A stretch of 38,270 nt of DNA from Escherichia phage BUCT618, in sequence record OM735461.1, one strand, 5' to 3'. The notes beneath the pieces were generated by a model that was given only the letters and a program-made list of their open reading frames with translations, was not told where the DNA came from and did not search any database. Below are positions 19,299 to 28,145 of this stretch, one piece after another (position 1 is the stretch's first letter; each line of letters opens with the position of its first letter). The position numbers and the translations under genes are program-made.

Positions 19299-19839
19299 TA
19301 GTCGGCCTCATAAAGTGATTCGTTGATTCTGCGATTAATCTCAGCTTCGACGTGAAGTGATTCGCAGCAGTCCAGGAACATTTGATAAGTCCATTTGTTC
19401 AGTACGTCATCCGGGCTTGCATAGTATGCTTTGGCTACGCGCATCACCGCCGCCATCTCATCAGAGTATGACGGCTGGATGTCACGCGTGTAAATCAGCT
19501 TTCCGCCGACCCTGAGTTCTCCGCCATCTTGCGTTGAAACATAGCGGTCGCCTTCCCCAAAAAACTTGGGTACATCTCCTTGACGTAAGCAAAGAAAACG
19601 GTATCGGCAAGGTCAATCTGGCCTTCAAAGAATTTGTCGAAATCAAGCGGCTGGTTATCGACTTCCGCGCCGTTCAGCATAGATTTTAGCAGTTCGTACT
19701 GCTCATCGCCTTGCAGTTTTCCCTGATAGGTCAGCGCCGCGATGTTCATCAGCTTGGCCTGAATGCGGAAGCCTTCGCGTGTGGTTGGCATGACTACGCT
19801 GAAAGTGTGTTCGCCTGCTTTGATGTCTTTGAGTTGCAT
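19298..19839 (-). CDS. Tail assembly chaperone GT-like fusion made by programmed -1 frameshift
   Basis: Slippery heptamer T-TTT-TTG at 19558-19564; the -1 frame is open for 86 codons and stops at TAA overlapping the tape measure ATG (TAATG). Confidence 0.55.
19495..19839 (-). CDS. Tail assembly chaperone (G-like, zero-frame product)
   Basis: 114 aa directly upstream of the tape measure gene; RBS GGAG. Confidence 0.65.
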   Translation of the reverse strand: MQLKDIKAGEHTFSVVMPTTREGFRIQAKLMNIAALTYQGKLQGDEQYELLKSMLNGAEVDNQPLDFDKFFEGQIDLADTVFFAYVKEMYPSFLGKATAMFQRKMAENSGSAES

Positions 19840-19866
19840 GGTATGTCTCCGTGTTTGGTTGACATA

Positions 19867-19876
19867 ATTATAACAC
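19867..19876 (-). promoter_or_regulatory. Candidate extended -10 promoter (TGtTATAAT) for the chaperone and tape measure genes
   Basis: Sits between a terminator and the chaperone RBS; the -35 is weak (TTTTCA). Confidence 0.4.
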
Positions 19877-19891
19877 GGAGGGAGGGGAATG

Positions 19892-19911
19892 AAAAAAGCC
19901 CCGTTAGGGGC
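19892..19911 (-). terminator. Rho-independent terminator closing the moron cassette
   Basis: GGCCCC-taac-GGGGC hairpin followed by TTTTTT, immediately after the stop at 19912-19914. Confidence 0.6.
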
Positions 19912-20160
19912 CTAGAATTTCACTACTTTTGCTGATTTCACATTTGGTGGGTCAAAGTCAGGTACAAATATTGGCATCCAGTGGGTTGCTTCCCTTATGA
20001 CATATCCACCTATCTCCTTGAATCTTGGCCTGGAGAATCTTTCTGTCCCTGCTCTTTTACTGACCTCATATATGCAAAATGGCTGAATGTATGCGCCATT
20101 AAAAACGTGAACTATTTCCCCAACGGCAGGCAATCTCTCACTGCACTTAATCCATTCCAT
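19912..20160 (-). CDS. DUF551-like small protein
   Basis: N-terminus MEWIKCSERLPAVGEIVHV is typical of DUF551 phage proteins. Confidence 0.55.
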   Translation of the reverse strand: MEWIKCSERLPAVGEIVHVFNGAYIQPFCIYEVSKRAGTERFSRPRFKEIGGYVIREATHWMPIFVPDFDPPNVKSAKVVKF

Positions 20161-20163
20161 CAG

Positions 20164-20292
20164 TCAACCCTCATCTTCATAATCAGAAAAACACTTAGCA
20201 GAAAGGTTATCCCCATCGCAAAGCGTTGCTTTCCCGTACACCTCAAATATCCATTTTGCAAAATCCAGCGTAAATTCGTCATATGCTGTCAT
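20164..20292 (-). CDS. Small ORF (42 aa), translationally coupled
   Basis: ATGA overlap with the upstream stop; not in the ORF track because it is under 60 aa. Confidence 0.3.
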   Translation of the reverse strand: MTAYDEFTLDFAKWIFEVYGKATLCDGDNLSAKCFSDYEDEG

Positions 20293-20588
20293 TTCTTCAC
20301 CCCATACTTACGGTTAATATCATACTCACTGGTACACAGCAGGATAATGAACTCGATAAACGCAACGAAAAAGGTGATTCCAGTCCAGCAGAACAGAATG
20401 TACATCACCCCGGAAAACGGTCGCCCCAGGTAGAAGCGGTGAATGCCAATAAAACCGAAGAAGAAGCAAAGCAGCACCGCGGTAACTTTGCTCTTCGTGT
20501 AAACCTGTTGCTTCGCGCCGCAGTTAGGGCAATCGGTCGCTGATTCGTGGATTTGTGTGCCGCAAGCGCGGCAGTAAGTGTTGCTCAT
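20289..20588 (-). CDS. Zinc-ribbon plus TM2-domain small membrane protein
   Basis: CRACG...CPNCG zinc ribbon, then two hydrophobic helices with GIHRFYLG. Confidence 0.6.
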   Translation of the reverse strand: MSNTYCRACGTQIHESATDCPNCGAKQQVYTKSKVTAVLLCFFFGFIGIHRFYLGRPFSGVMYILFCWTGITFFVAFIEFIILLCTSEYDINRKYGVKK

Positions 20589-20824
20589 TTACCCTCCCAT
20601 GATATGTATTTTGCGTGAAGTTTGTTTCTCATTTCCTGTAAATGAAATTCTGGAACTGTTACAAAGTGCTCACTGTTATCGTCTCCCTCTGGTATGAACT
20701 CAAAAAGAACGCCGTCAATCCATCTCATGGTTGCCGACCAAATCTGTCCATTGTGGCACCAAATTGAAACAAACTGACCACTGCCGGGAAGTTCATCAAG
20801 AAAATCAATTGTGCTTTCAGTCAT
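20585..20824 (-). CDS. Hypothetical protein (79 aa)
   Basis: ORF inside the moron cassette. Confidence 0.45.
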   Translation of the reverse strand: MTESTIDFLDELPGSGQFVSIWCHNGQIWSATMRWIDGVLFEFIPEGDDNSEHFVTVPEFHLQEMRNKLHAKYISWEGK

Positions 20825-20897
20825 TTGTTAACCCTCGTAAAAACAGACCCATCACTAAGCGCGGCAGTAGATGTTGCTCATTTTAATCACCCTTGTA

Positions 20898-21161
20898 TCA
20901 AATTTTACCTTCAGCCATCAGCCCTTCGACTAATGTCATTTTATAAGTCGCAGGCTTCCATGACTGCATTGCCCTTTCAGCGCCTTTGCGTGTTTTGTAA
21001 GGCTTAATGGATGGAACTATAGCGCTCACAACCCCCTGCCCATAACCTCTGTCTGTCTCCTGGAACACCCTGAAAAAGCCGGAGTCTTCTTTGACAACGA
21101 GTCGTTTAAAGGCATAAACACCAGTATCTTTGTTTAGGTAACGGCTAAGTATGATTTCCAT
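20898..21161 (-). CDS. Hypothetical protein (87 aa)
   Basis: First ORF of the cassette; RBS GGAG 5 nt upstream. Confidence 0.45.
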   Translation of the reverse strand: MEIILSRYLNKDTGVYAFKRLVVKEDSGFFRVFQETDRGYGQGVVSAIVPSIKPYKTRKGAERAMQSWKPATYKMTLVEGLMAEGKI

Positions 21162-21350
21162 GATTACTCCTTGTGGTGTTATTGGTGGGGTGGCGTGCTT
21201 CGTCGGTAGCCTCGGTTAAGTAACCGCACTAGCGTTCTCCGTTTCCGGTAGTGTGTGCGTTCTGGCCTCACGGTTGGGAATCCTGACACTACGATCAAGC
21301 CCCTGCGTTGCTCCTCTCCTGCTGCATCCTGCCGCCTCCCTATGTGTTGA

Positions 21351-21378
21351 ACTATACACCACATTTCTATTGTGTCAA
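21351..21378 (-). promoter_or_regulatory. Candidate sigma70 promoter for the moron cassette
   Basis: TTGACA, 16-bp spacer, TATAGT, directly downstream of the tube-gene terminator; gives a leader of about 180 nt. Confidence 0.5.
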
Positions 21379-21381
21379 CCA

Positions 21382-21401
21382 TTACATGCGTAAAAAAGGG
21401 G
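21382..21401 (-). terminator. Rho-independent terminator after the tail tube gene
   Basis: GGGGCTTCGGCCCC hairpin followed by T run, 18 nt after the stop. Confidence 0.65.
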
Positions 21402-21418
21402 CCGAAGCCCCAATTTGT

Positions 21419-21832
21419 TTAATCCAGTGCCTGACCTGTATGGATGATATAGCCATCCACAAACTTGAAGGTGAATTGCACGATGGTTAACTCCTGCGCC
21501 TTCACCAGGGCCGGAGGCCGCGCCAGCATCGCCTCTTTTGCGCCGGCAACCTCGCCAGTGCTGTTTCGGTCAATCAACAGGAGTGGCAGCGGTTTGCCAG
21601 CCTCATAAAGCGCCTGCCATGCCGCCTTTGTCGGGCTTACGTCCTGCAAGGAGACAACGCAAGTGCCTGTTTTATCAAGGGATTTGACGAAAGCGCCACC
21701 ACCTTTAATGGAAGCGTAGGTGTTCCAGATGTCATTGTTAAATGTAAAGTTGAACATCTCGCCATTGGCTACAGCTCTTGCCGCCACTCCGCCCCAGCTT
21801 AATGTAACTTTCTCAGGGTTATAAATTGGCAC
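21419..21832 (-). CDS. Tail tube protein
   Basis: 137-aa ORF immediately downstream of the sheath gene. Confidence 0.55.
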   Translation of the reverse strand: MPIYNPEKVTLSWGGVAARAVANGEMFNFTFNNDIWNTYASIKGGGAFVKSLDKTGTCVVSLQDVSPTKAAWQALYEAGKPLPLLLIDRNSTGEVAGAKEAMLARPPALVKAQELTIVQFTFKFVDGYIIHTGQALD

Positions 21833-21834
21833 GA

Positions 21835-23307
21835 TTAGATACCCCCAATTGACCAGGTGCCGCGAACAACCCAGCCATCAATGGCGGAGTTTAGCGTTGC
21901 CTGATATACGTCGTTAAATGTTGCCTGACCGGATTTACGCACAGACGCAGGAATGCTGTCAGGGTCTGGCAGTGATACGGTGTAATCTTCCAGGATAATA
22001 CGGCGGTCTACCGCTCTCTCCAGCCACTCACGAATCAGCGCTTCAGCATCCGTGAACGTTTCTTCGTCGAATGCCATCAGCGGCGTGCGGAATGCGTAAT
22101 TCGCCAGGCTTGCCTGCAGATTGTTATCGAACCAGTCTGCACCCCACTGAATACGGATTTCCCTGTCGGTACAGGTGCGCCCTTTGAACAGGTGCGTGAA
22201 CGTTGTATTCGTGAATGTTTCCACGAAGTTGTAACCCTTAGCCCGAAGGTTATTCTGCTCTGTTGGGCTTAATCCTGAGTCGCTGGCGGTGGTCAGGGTT
22301 TTATAATCCCACTGCTGAGCGCCCGGGTCAGTCCAGAGCATTCGACCAAGAATCGCAGCGTCAGGACGCTGACCGGTCATGTCCACACCATTAACCACGC
22401 CAGTGGGGTGATAGATTACTGACGACCGCTCCATGCTGGTATTGCGCAACTGATAGCCGATGTCACTCGTTGCAGTGTTAAGCACAGCATTTTGGTCGGT
22501 AGTCATGAACATGGCCTGAGCCTTGTTCTCCGTGCTTGACTGAACCCATGCTGCGATTGTTTTCTGGTCTGCAATAGCATCAGCATTAACGCCAGCGTAA
22601 GCGTAGAAATAAGCGTTTCCACCACGTGAGTAGAAATCATTCATGACATCAGGGAATGACTCGCCAGTGGTTTGAGCGGTTCCGGTAGTTGACACCGAGC
22701 CAGCAGATGTTGCCAGTTTCATCGCCTGCGACAGAGCGGTATCTCCGCCAGTGATGGTGACGCTTGATGCGCTGCCAGTTGTCGCAGAGGTTACGATAAA
22801 TTGCGCGGTTCCTGCCGCCCATGCAACGGTGGCCACAGGCGTGGTCTTGTTGTTAAGCGCGGTAGCAACGTCATCCATAGAAGCGACACTGGAAAGGTCA
22901 ACTCCAGTAATGGCCTTTGGCGTGCCGTCGATGGTCAGGCTCATGGCACCATCACTAATGCCGGTGAATTTTGCCAGCGCCTGCTCTTCAGAAGAAAGCA
23001 CGCCGCCGGTGAGTTTGCCAGCAGTTGCCGGAGTGTTTAAGGCGGTCTTGTTCCAGTAAATCACTGCAACGTCAGCAGGCGCGCCACCTTCCTGCGAGAA
23101 GTGGGTTTGCAGCCACTTGAACTCAACAGGATGCGACACCGCATCAACCTCGTCAGCATAGGAGTCAGGGGTGAGGATGCGATAACGCTCACCGCTGAAT
23201 AAATCGTTTGTTGTTATAAAGCCTGCGCGGTTCAGCACATCGACAGTGGCTACTTTATCGTTCAGCAGCGTATCGACCGCGAAACGGCGGCGAATCGGAG
23301 TAGGCAT
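21835..23307 (-). CDS. Tail sheath protein
   Basis: 490 aa; size and position (upstream of tube). Confidence 0.65.
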   Translation of the reverse strand: MPTPIRRRFAVDTLLNDKVATVDVLNRAGFITTNDLFSGERYRILTPDSYADEVDAVSHPVEFKWLQTHFSQEGGAPADVAVIYWNKTALNTPATAGKLTGGVLSSEEQALAKFTGISDGAMSLTIDGTPKAITGVDLSSVASMDDVATALNNKTTPVATVAWAAGTAQFIVTSATTGSASSVTITGGDTALSQAMKLATSAGSVSTTGTAQTTGESFPDVMNDFYSRGGNAYFYAYAGVNADAIADQKTIAAWVQSSTENKAQAMFMTTDQNAVLNTATSDIGYQLRNTSMERSSVIYHPTGVVNGVDMTGQRPDAAILGRMLWTDPGAQQWDYKTLTTASDSGLSPTEQNNLRAKGYNFVETFTNTTFTHLFKGRTCTDREIRIQWGADWFDNNLQASLANYAFRTPLMAFDEETFTDAEALIREWLERAVDRRIILEDYTVSLPDPDSIPASVRKSGQATFNDVYQATLNSAIDGWVVRGTWSIGGI

Positions 23308-23357
23308 GTTTAAATCCTCGTTTTGGCAAGTACTTGCCTGGTAATAATATCACAGCC

Positions 23358-23885
23358 TCACAGCGCTGGCGAAGATGGCGCCACTGTTTCAATAGTAAGC
23401 ACATCGTCAGTTGATACCCACTGCCCTGTGACGTAAAACTGGCGCAGTCGGTAATCGTCAAATTCCGTCATTGGCGAGATATGGAAAACAACGTCTGACT
23501 GCCAGCGGGTGCGGTAAGCCTCATCACCCAACTCTGAAAGGTTTCTGGCCTGCCCGATGCTGATCAGCGCCATTCCCTCTGCTGCCAGTGCTCCGCGCGC
23601 CTCATAATAGTTTTTTAGTCCATGAAGCCCCATCAGCAAAGAATAGCCACCAGGACCATAAGCGTTCACGCTAACGGTTAGCTCTGAGTGGAACCAGTTT
23701 GTTTCCGTGAACGTCTCGTTATCAGCCTGCAGCACTCGCCTCTTCATCGGGCTGCGTTGCGGGATGATGGCCATTGGCTGAAACGTCATGTATACGCCAG
23801 TTGGACGCGGCCCGTTGTATGGCGCTTGCTTAACGACAGGCGTGAGGCGCTTAAGGAGTGCAGTCAATGCTGATTCAATACTCAC
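23358..23885 (-). CDS. Hypothetical structural protein (neck or tail completion)
   Basis: Position between head and sheath genes. Confidence 0.4.
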   Translation of the reverse strand: MSIESALTALLKRLTPVVKQAPYNGPRPTGVYMTFQPMAIIPQRSPMKRRVLQADNETFTETNWFHSELTVSVNAYGPGGYSLLMGLHGLKNYYEARGALAAEGMALISIGQARNLSELGDEAYRTRWQSDVVFHISPMTEFDDYRLRQFYVTGQWVSTDDVLTIETVAPSSPAL

Positions 23886-24274
23886 GAATCCCCCTGAATT
23901 TTCCGCACGGTGGCTTTGTAGTAATTGCCGAGGATGTCGCGGGTTTCCACCTTGATAACCTCGTATTCCTGACCCTCAAACTGGAAGCGGTCGGCATTAA
24001 CCTCATCAGTCCTGACGCGGACCGGAAAGGAGGTATAAATCTTCTGGATGTCCTGAATCTTCTGCCCGTCCGTGAATTGCATCAGTTCCTTTTCATTCAG
24101 TGGCTGCGGCGGCATTCCCTGGATTGTTTGCGTGGTCGACGTGCCTGGAACGTAAACCCCCTCGGAATTATCAGCCCCGGCAGAATATCGTATTAGGGTG
24201 TAGTTAATAAACTGATCGCCCCACACCTGATTAAAATCAAATAACATTATTCCTCCGGCTTGACGTATGCCCAT
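23882..24274 (-). CDS. Hypothetical structural protein
   Basis: Overlapping stop/start in the structural module. Confidence 0.4.
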   Translation of the reverse strand: MGIRQAGGIMLFDFNQVWGDQFINYTLIRYSAGADNSEGVYVPGTSTTQTIQGMPPQPLNEKELMQFTDGQKIQDIQKIYTSFPVRVRTDEVNADRFQFEGQEYEVIKVETRDILGNYYKATVRKIQGDS

Positions 24275-24729
24275 CTGATTGAGCTTACCAGTTGCCCGGT
24301 ATCAATCAGCGGGTTATCTGATTTCTTCTTATCAATTGTGCTTTGCGCGTTTGGCGGTGACTTCAGTTGCACGATTGCCCGCTGCACATCCTGCTGCGCA
24401 ACCTCGCCAAGCCTGCCCATTGCCTGCCGCAGATTATAATTCTGTTCATTCATCACGCGAGCGGTAATCTTCCCCATGATGCCGATGTACTTCGCTTTCT
24501 CTTTCGCAAAGGTCGGTCGCAGCGTCGGGCGCTCAGGAATGCGTGATGTGCCAAATTCGTTCCACCAGTACACCTCTGCAACCGTTGTCCCAGTGGCGTG
24601 ACCCTGCTCATCCTTATGCGCTCCAGCGTCACCATGAACGCCAACAGCTACAGCGTGCGCACCGATGCGCCGCTGAATGTCGCGGATAGCGTTAGGATTG
24701 CGAATGACCAGTTTGTTTTTAGCAGCCAT
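24247..24729 (-). CDS. Head-tail connector protein (HK97 gp10-like)
   Basis: PLIDTGQL motif near the C-terminus. Confidence 0.5.
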   Translation of the reverse strand: MAAKNKLVIRNPNAIRDIQRRIGAHAVAVGVHGDAGAHKDEQGHATGTTVAEVYWWNEFGTSRIPERPTLRPTFAKEKAKYIGIMGKITARVMNEQNYNLRQAMGRLGEVAQQDVQRAIVQLKSPPNAQSTIDKKKSDNPLIDTGQLVSSIRWAYVKPEE

Positions 24730-25108
24730 AACCGGTTGCCGCTTCTGTCAGATATGGCCCAGCCCCGAACATGGTAATCAGGTTTTTGAACATCTGCCCG
24801 TAAGTCGTCCCATCCCACATTGAGCCATCAGAGCCAACGCCAATTGCCTGCCCTGATACGCTGACGTCACCAACCGTCCGCCCGGTAGTGACAACCGTAA
24901 CCGAACCGCCACCAGACTGACCAGTCGTCAGGTTGTAATTTGTCGCCAGCATGTGCGCCACATAGTAACCCTGCAGCACGTCGTAATATTCACCGTAGCA
25001 GCCGGTATATAAAACTGCGAACTCAGCAAGGTATCGCTGAATTACTTCATCCGGTACGTTAACAAACTCAGGGTATGAAGCACGAAATTTCGCAAGGTCT
25101 AGAGCCAT
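24719..25108 (-). CDS. Hypothetical head-tail joining protein
   Basis: ORF in the head completion region. Confidence 0.4.
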   Translation of the reverse strand: MALDLAKFRASYPEFVNVPDEVIQRYLAEFAVLYTGCYGEYYDVLQGYYVAHMLATNYNLTTGQSGGGSVTVVTTGRTVGDVSVSGQAIGVGSDGSMWDGTTYGQMFKNLITMFGAGPYLTEAATGYGC

Positions 25109-25119
25109 ATTCCACCTGT

Positions 25120-25144
25120 AAAAAAGGGACGCCGTAGCATCCCT
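25120..25144 (-). terminator. Rho-independent terminator downstream of the capsid gene pair
   Basis: AGGGA-10 nt loop-TCCCT hairpin followed by TTTTTT on the minus strand. Confidence 0.5.
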
Positions 25145-25165
25145 TTATTTTAACACGTCACCGGA

Positions 25166-25348
25166 TTATTTCTTAATCACGATGTAACCGGCATCAACGA
25201 GGTGCTTTTCGTTGCTTTCGATGAACGCCAGTTGTTCGGCAGTCACTTCGGTTTCAACGCCAGGAAGCAGACGCAGGTCGCCGGAGTAGTGAATGTTAGC
25301 GCGCTGGTTGGTAGCGGTAACTTTCTTGGTTGCTTTTACTTCAGCCAT
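25166..25348 (-). CDS. Small protein after the major capsid gene (60 aa)
   Basis: Short ORF 2 nt downstream of the capsid stop. Confidence 0.45.
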   Translation of the reverse strand: MAEVKATKKVTATNQRANIHYSGDLRLLPGVETEVTAEQLAFIESNEKHLVDAGYIVIKK

Positions 25349-25350
25349 GA

Positions 25351-26379
25351 TTAAATCCCGTTAGTTACAGTAACAGACAGCGGGAAGTATACCACAACGC
25401 CAGCGGTTGCCAGGTAGCCATCCACCACAGTTGCCAGGTTGCGAGCTTCTGGCGGCATCATGGTAAACGGTTTTGGAACCTCAACGCCGAGCTTCTCGGA
25501 ATCGTTGCGATAGTGAATCATAGCGCTGTTGGTCTGACCGGTTCCCTGCGGACCCAGCCATTCCACGGTTTCAACCGTGATTTCCGGGTAGGATTTCTTG
25601 AAGCGCTCCATCGCATTCTCGCCGGTGTTATCGGTGAAGAATGTGGTGCGGGCACGCTCATAGCTCGCAGATGTCATGACGACGGTATCAGGACGCTCAG
25701 CGCCGATGGTGTCTGTCGCCTGCTGGGTAATTGGGTAAACCAGGTCAGCATAGATTTCTTCTGCTGTTTTAGTTGCCCAGGTCGATGTACCCTTCGCGCC
25801 GTTTGTTGCGGTGCGAGTGGTAACGTTCGGCGCGTTATACAGACCGGTAAGACCAGTTTCAGCATCGCCAACCCAGATGATCTGGTCCAGCTTCTGCTCT
25901 GCTGCATTTCGGATCGCCATACCCTTACGGTCAACGATATTCATGCCAGCAACGGTTGCTTTGGCGATTTCGAATACGCTGTAAATAATCGAGCCACCGA
26001 ATGCACGGATGTTTACAACCTTCTTCTCGCCAGTGACCTCGATGTTTGGCAGGTCGTCGGCGTAGTTGGTGATGTGCTCCAGCATACCAACGCGGTCAGC
26101 GACAGTGTAGGCAAACTCTTCAGCACCGAATGGCGCTTCGTTCTGCATAGGCAGCAGGTTTTTACCCTTGAATTGCGGGTATGCCTTCTCCCGGATGCGG
26201 TTAGACATCGCCTGCAACTGCTGCGCAAAGATAACACCGGTTGCGGCATCAGCACGGAAGCCAAGCTGTTGCACATCCAGCGCTTTAGATACCAGGCTCG
26301 CCAGCATGGTAGGAGTGGTTTCCCAGCCCGCATCCAGCTTCACGCCCTTAAGATGATCCAGTCGTAAATTGATATTCAT
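25351..26379 (-). CDS. Major capsid protein
   Basis: 342 aa, between the scaffold-like and head completion genes, with a terminator downstream. Confidence 0.7.
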   Translation of the reverse strand: MNINLRLDHLKGVKLDAGWETTPTMLASLVSKALDVQQLGFRADAATGVIFAQQLQAMSNRIREKAYPQFKGKNLLPMQNEAPFGAEEFAYTVADRVGMLEHITNYADDLPNIEVTGEKKVVNIRAFGGSIIYSVFEIAKATVAGMNIVDRKGMAIRNAAEQKLDQIIWVGDAETGLTGLYNAPNVTTRTATNGAKGTSTWATKTAEEIYADLVYPITQQATDTIGAERPDTVVMTSASYERARTTFFTDNTGENAMERFKKSYPEITVETVEWLGPQGTGQTNSAMIHYRNDSEKLGVEVPKPFTMMPPEARNLATVVDGYLATAGVVVYFPLSVTVTNGI

Positions 26380-26392
26380 TTATAATCCCCTG

Positions 26393-26866
26393 TTAGGCAG
26401 CTGGTGCGGTGGTGGCAGGTTTCAGGTTGACAATCGCAACGCCTGCACCAGTGGTGGAGGTGTCGAAGATGCCTACCGGTCGTGTTGCTGCTGAGGCTGC
26501 AACGTTGGTGAATCCAGAGCCATCAGTGAGGGCGTAGGCCAGCTCACCCTGATTCACAGCTGCCTTAACAGTTACCCACACCGGGCCATCGGTCACAACA
26601 GAAACGTCTTTGCCGATTGCGTGAACCTGCTCGGTTGCGCCATCAGCGGCAACCCAGGTGGCTTCCCAGCGAACCACGCCGATAACCACATCGTTGGCAG
26701 AAGATACCGGCTTAACTTTGTGGTCGTTGTTATCACGCACAGCAGCCTGACCTGCTTTGATAGCAGCAGATGCGATACGGCTGACGGTCTGCGTCATTCG
26801 TGCGTCCGCAACCATGCCAGGGGAGTACGGCTGTGGAGTTAAGGAATAGGTGTTATTAAGCGCCAT
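26393..26866 (-). CDS. Head structural / decoration-like protein
   Basis: 157-aa Ala/Val/Thr-rich ORF between scaffold and capsid genes. Confidence 0.45.
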   Translation of the reverse strand: MALNNTYSLTPQPYSPGMVADARMTQTVSRIASAAIKAGQAAVRDNNDHKVKPVSSANDVVIGVVRWEATWVAADGATEQVHAIGKDVSVVTDGPVWVTVKAAVNQGELAYALTDGSGFTNVAASAATRPVGIFDTSTTGAGVAIVNLKPATTAPAA

Positions 26867-28137
26867 TATGCTTTCCCCGCGTAGAATTTAGCGTTATATG
26901 CGGCCTGACCAGACTCTTCGCGAGAGTTGAACATGCCATCAAGATTCAGACCCTGGCGCTGAGTGCGCAGGCTGTCGGTGCGATTCTTCAGGCCATCTAC
27001 TGCGGCATCGAATCGACCGCTGATATAGGCATCGGACTTGCCATCAGCATTGAAGCCGGATTTTGCGGCAATGAGCGCCTCAACCTGGATTTCGCGAGCA
27101 GTTTTCACGCGCTTGCCATCCATGTGGCTGATGCCCGGTTTCAGTTTTTTGGCATCCTCGATGATTCGCAGCATTTTGCTGAGGGAGTCGGTTTTCTGCT
27201 CCGGGTCGGTGTCGGTGTCTTCATCCACCTTATCCGGGCATTCTTCATCCATTAAGGAATCAGGAGTGTCGCCGCTTACCGCGTCAGCCAGCTCATCCAG
27301 CTGAGCCTGAAGGGTGTCTACCGCTTCGGAAACGCTGGCTACTGCGTTTTCTACCGCCGGAACATCGACTTCCACCACTTCCTTGTTCTCGTCGTCGGCA
27401 TCTTTAATGATGTCGTCAGCGTCTAGCTTAAGTTTTGGAGCGATGGCTTTTACCAGCTTTTTCAGCTGACCTGTAGCGGAATCAAGGCGCTTGCCCTGCT
27501 TCGCCAGCGCCGCGTTGATGGTCGCTGCCGTAGCTGCATCTGCAACTTCAACAGTGCCGCCGCCGGGCAGTTTGATTTGAGTCATTGATTTCTCCTCGTT
27601 ATTCGGCACATGTGCGCCATCAAAACGCAGTGAACAGATTGAGCCACCTCGCGCGGCATCCACGATGGCCTGATGGTTATAGCGCCGATTGCGCTGGACA
27701 CGGTCATACTTCTGGCCCTGCCATTCGCCCGGCGTTTCATCAAGGTCAACGGAATAACCCGGAGAAAGCTCAGTTACACCGCCGTATTCTACAGCATGTA
27801 AAGCCTCGTTGCCAATTACCAGCATTGACGCAACAAGATTGTCACCATCACGCTTTGGCATCCCGTTAACGCTGCCCTGTGAATACTGTTTGTAATTGGA
27901 TGGCGTAACCATTTCAGGTGGGTGCTGCAAAGTCACCGGAGCGCCAGCCAGGGACTTCAGCGATTCCTCATCAAACAGCGTCTCCTCTGGCACAAATTCA
28001 CGGATAATCGTGCCATCATCTTCCATATACTCAAGAATGCCGACATGAGCCACCACGCCATCAATGCGCAGGTATCCGTTTTCGTCAATCTTTGAGGTGA
28101 TTCTACCGCCTTTGTCGATGCGATAATCTTTTTTCAT
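26866..28137 (-). CDS. Putative prohead scaffold / protease-like protein
   Basis: N-terminal globular domain followed by a long acidic coiled-coil region; position between head morphogenesis and capsid genes. Confidence 0.5.
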   Translation of the reverse strand: MKKDYRIDKGGRITSKIDENGYLRIDGVVAHVGILEYMEDDGTIIREFVPEETLFDEESLKSLAGAPVTLQHPPEMVTPSNYKQYSQGSVNGMPKRDGDNLVASMLVIGNEALHAVEYGGVTELSPGYSVDLDETPGEWQGQKYDRVQRNRRYNHQAIVDAARGGSICSLRFDGAHVPNNEEKSMTQIKLPGGGTVEVADAATAATINAALAKQGKRLDSATGQLKKLVKAIAPKLKLDADDIIKDADDENKEVVEVDVPAVENAVASVSEAVDTLQAQLDELADAVSGDTPDSLMDEECPDKVDEDTDTDPEQKTDSLSKMLRIIEDAKKLKPGISHMDGKRVKTAREIQVEALIAAKSGFNADGKSDAYISGRFDAAVDGLKNRTDSLRTQRQGLNLDGMFNSREESGQAAYNAKFYAGKA

Positions 28138-28145
28138 TTTTTACC

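Noticed and set aside
21179-21382. 67-aa Arg-rich minus-strand ORF in the moron leader
   Set aside because: Its start codon overlaps the predicted -35 element and the translation looks like GC-rich non-coding sequence.
25513-26367. 284-aa plus-strand ORF antisense to the major capsid gene
   Set aside because: It is in the codon-aligned antisense register of a highly expressed gene, where long stop-free frames arise whenever the sense gene avoids TTA, CTA and TCA. The translation is Cys/Arg-rich with no motifs.
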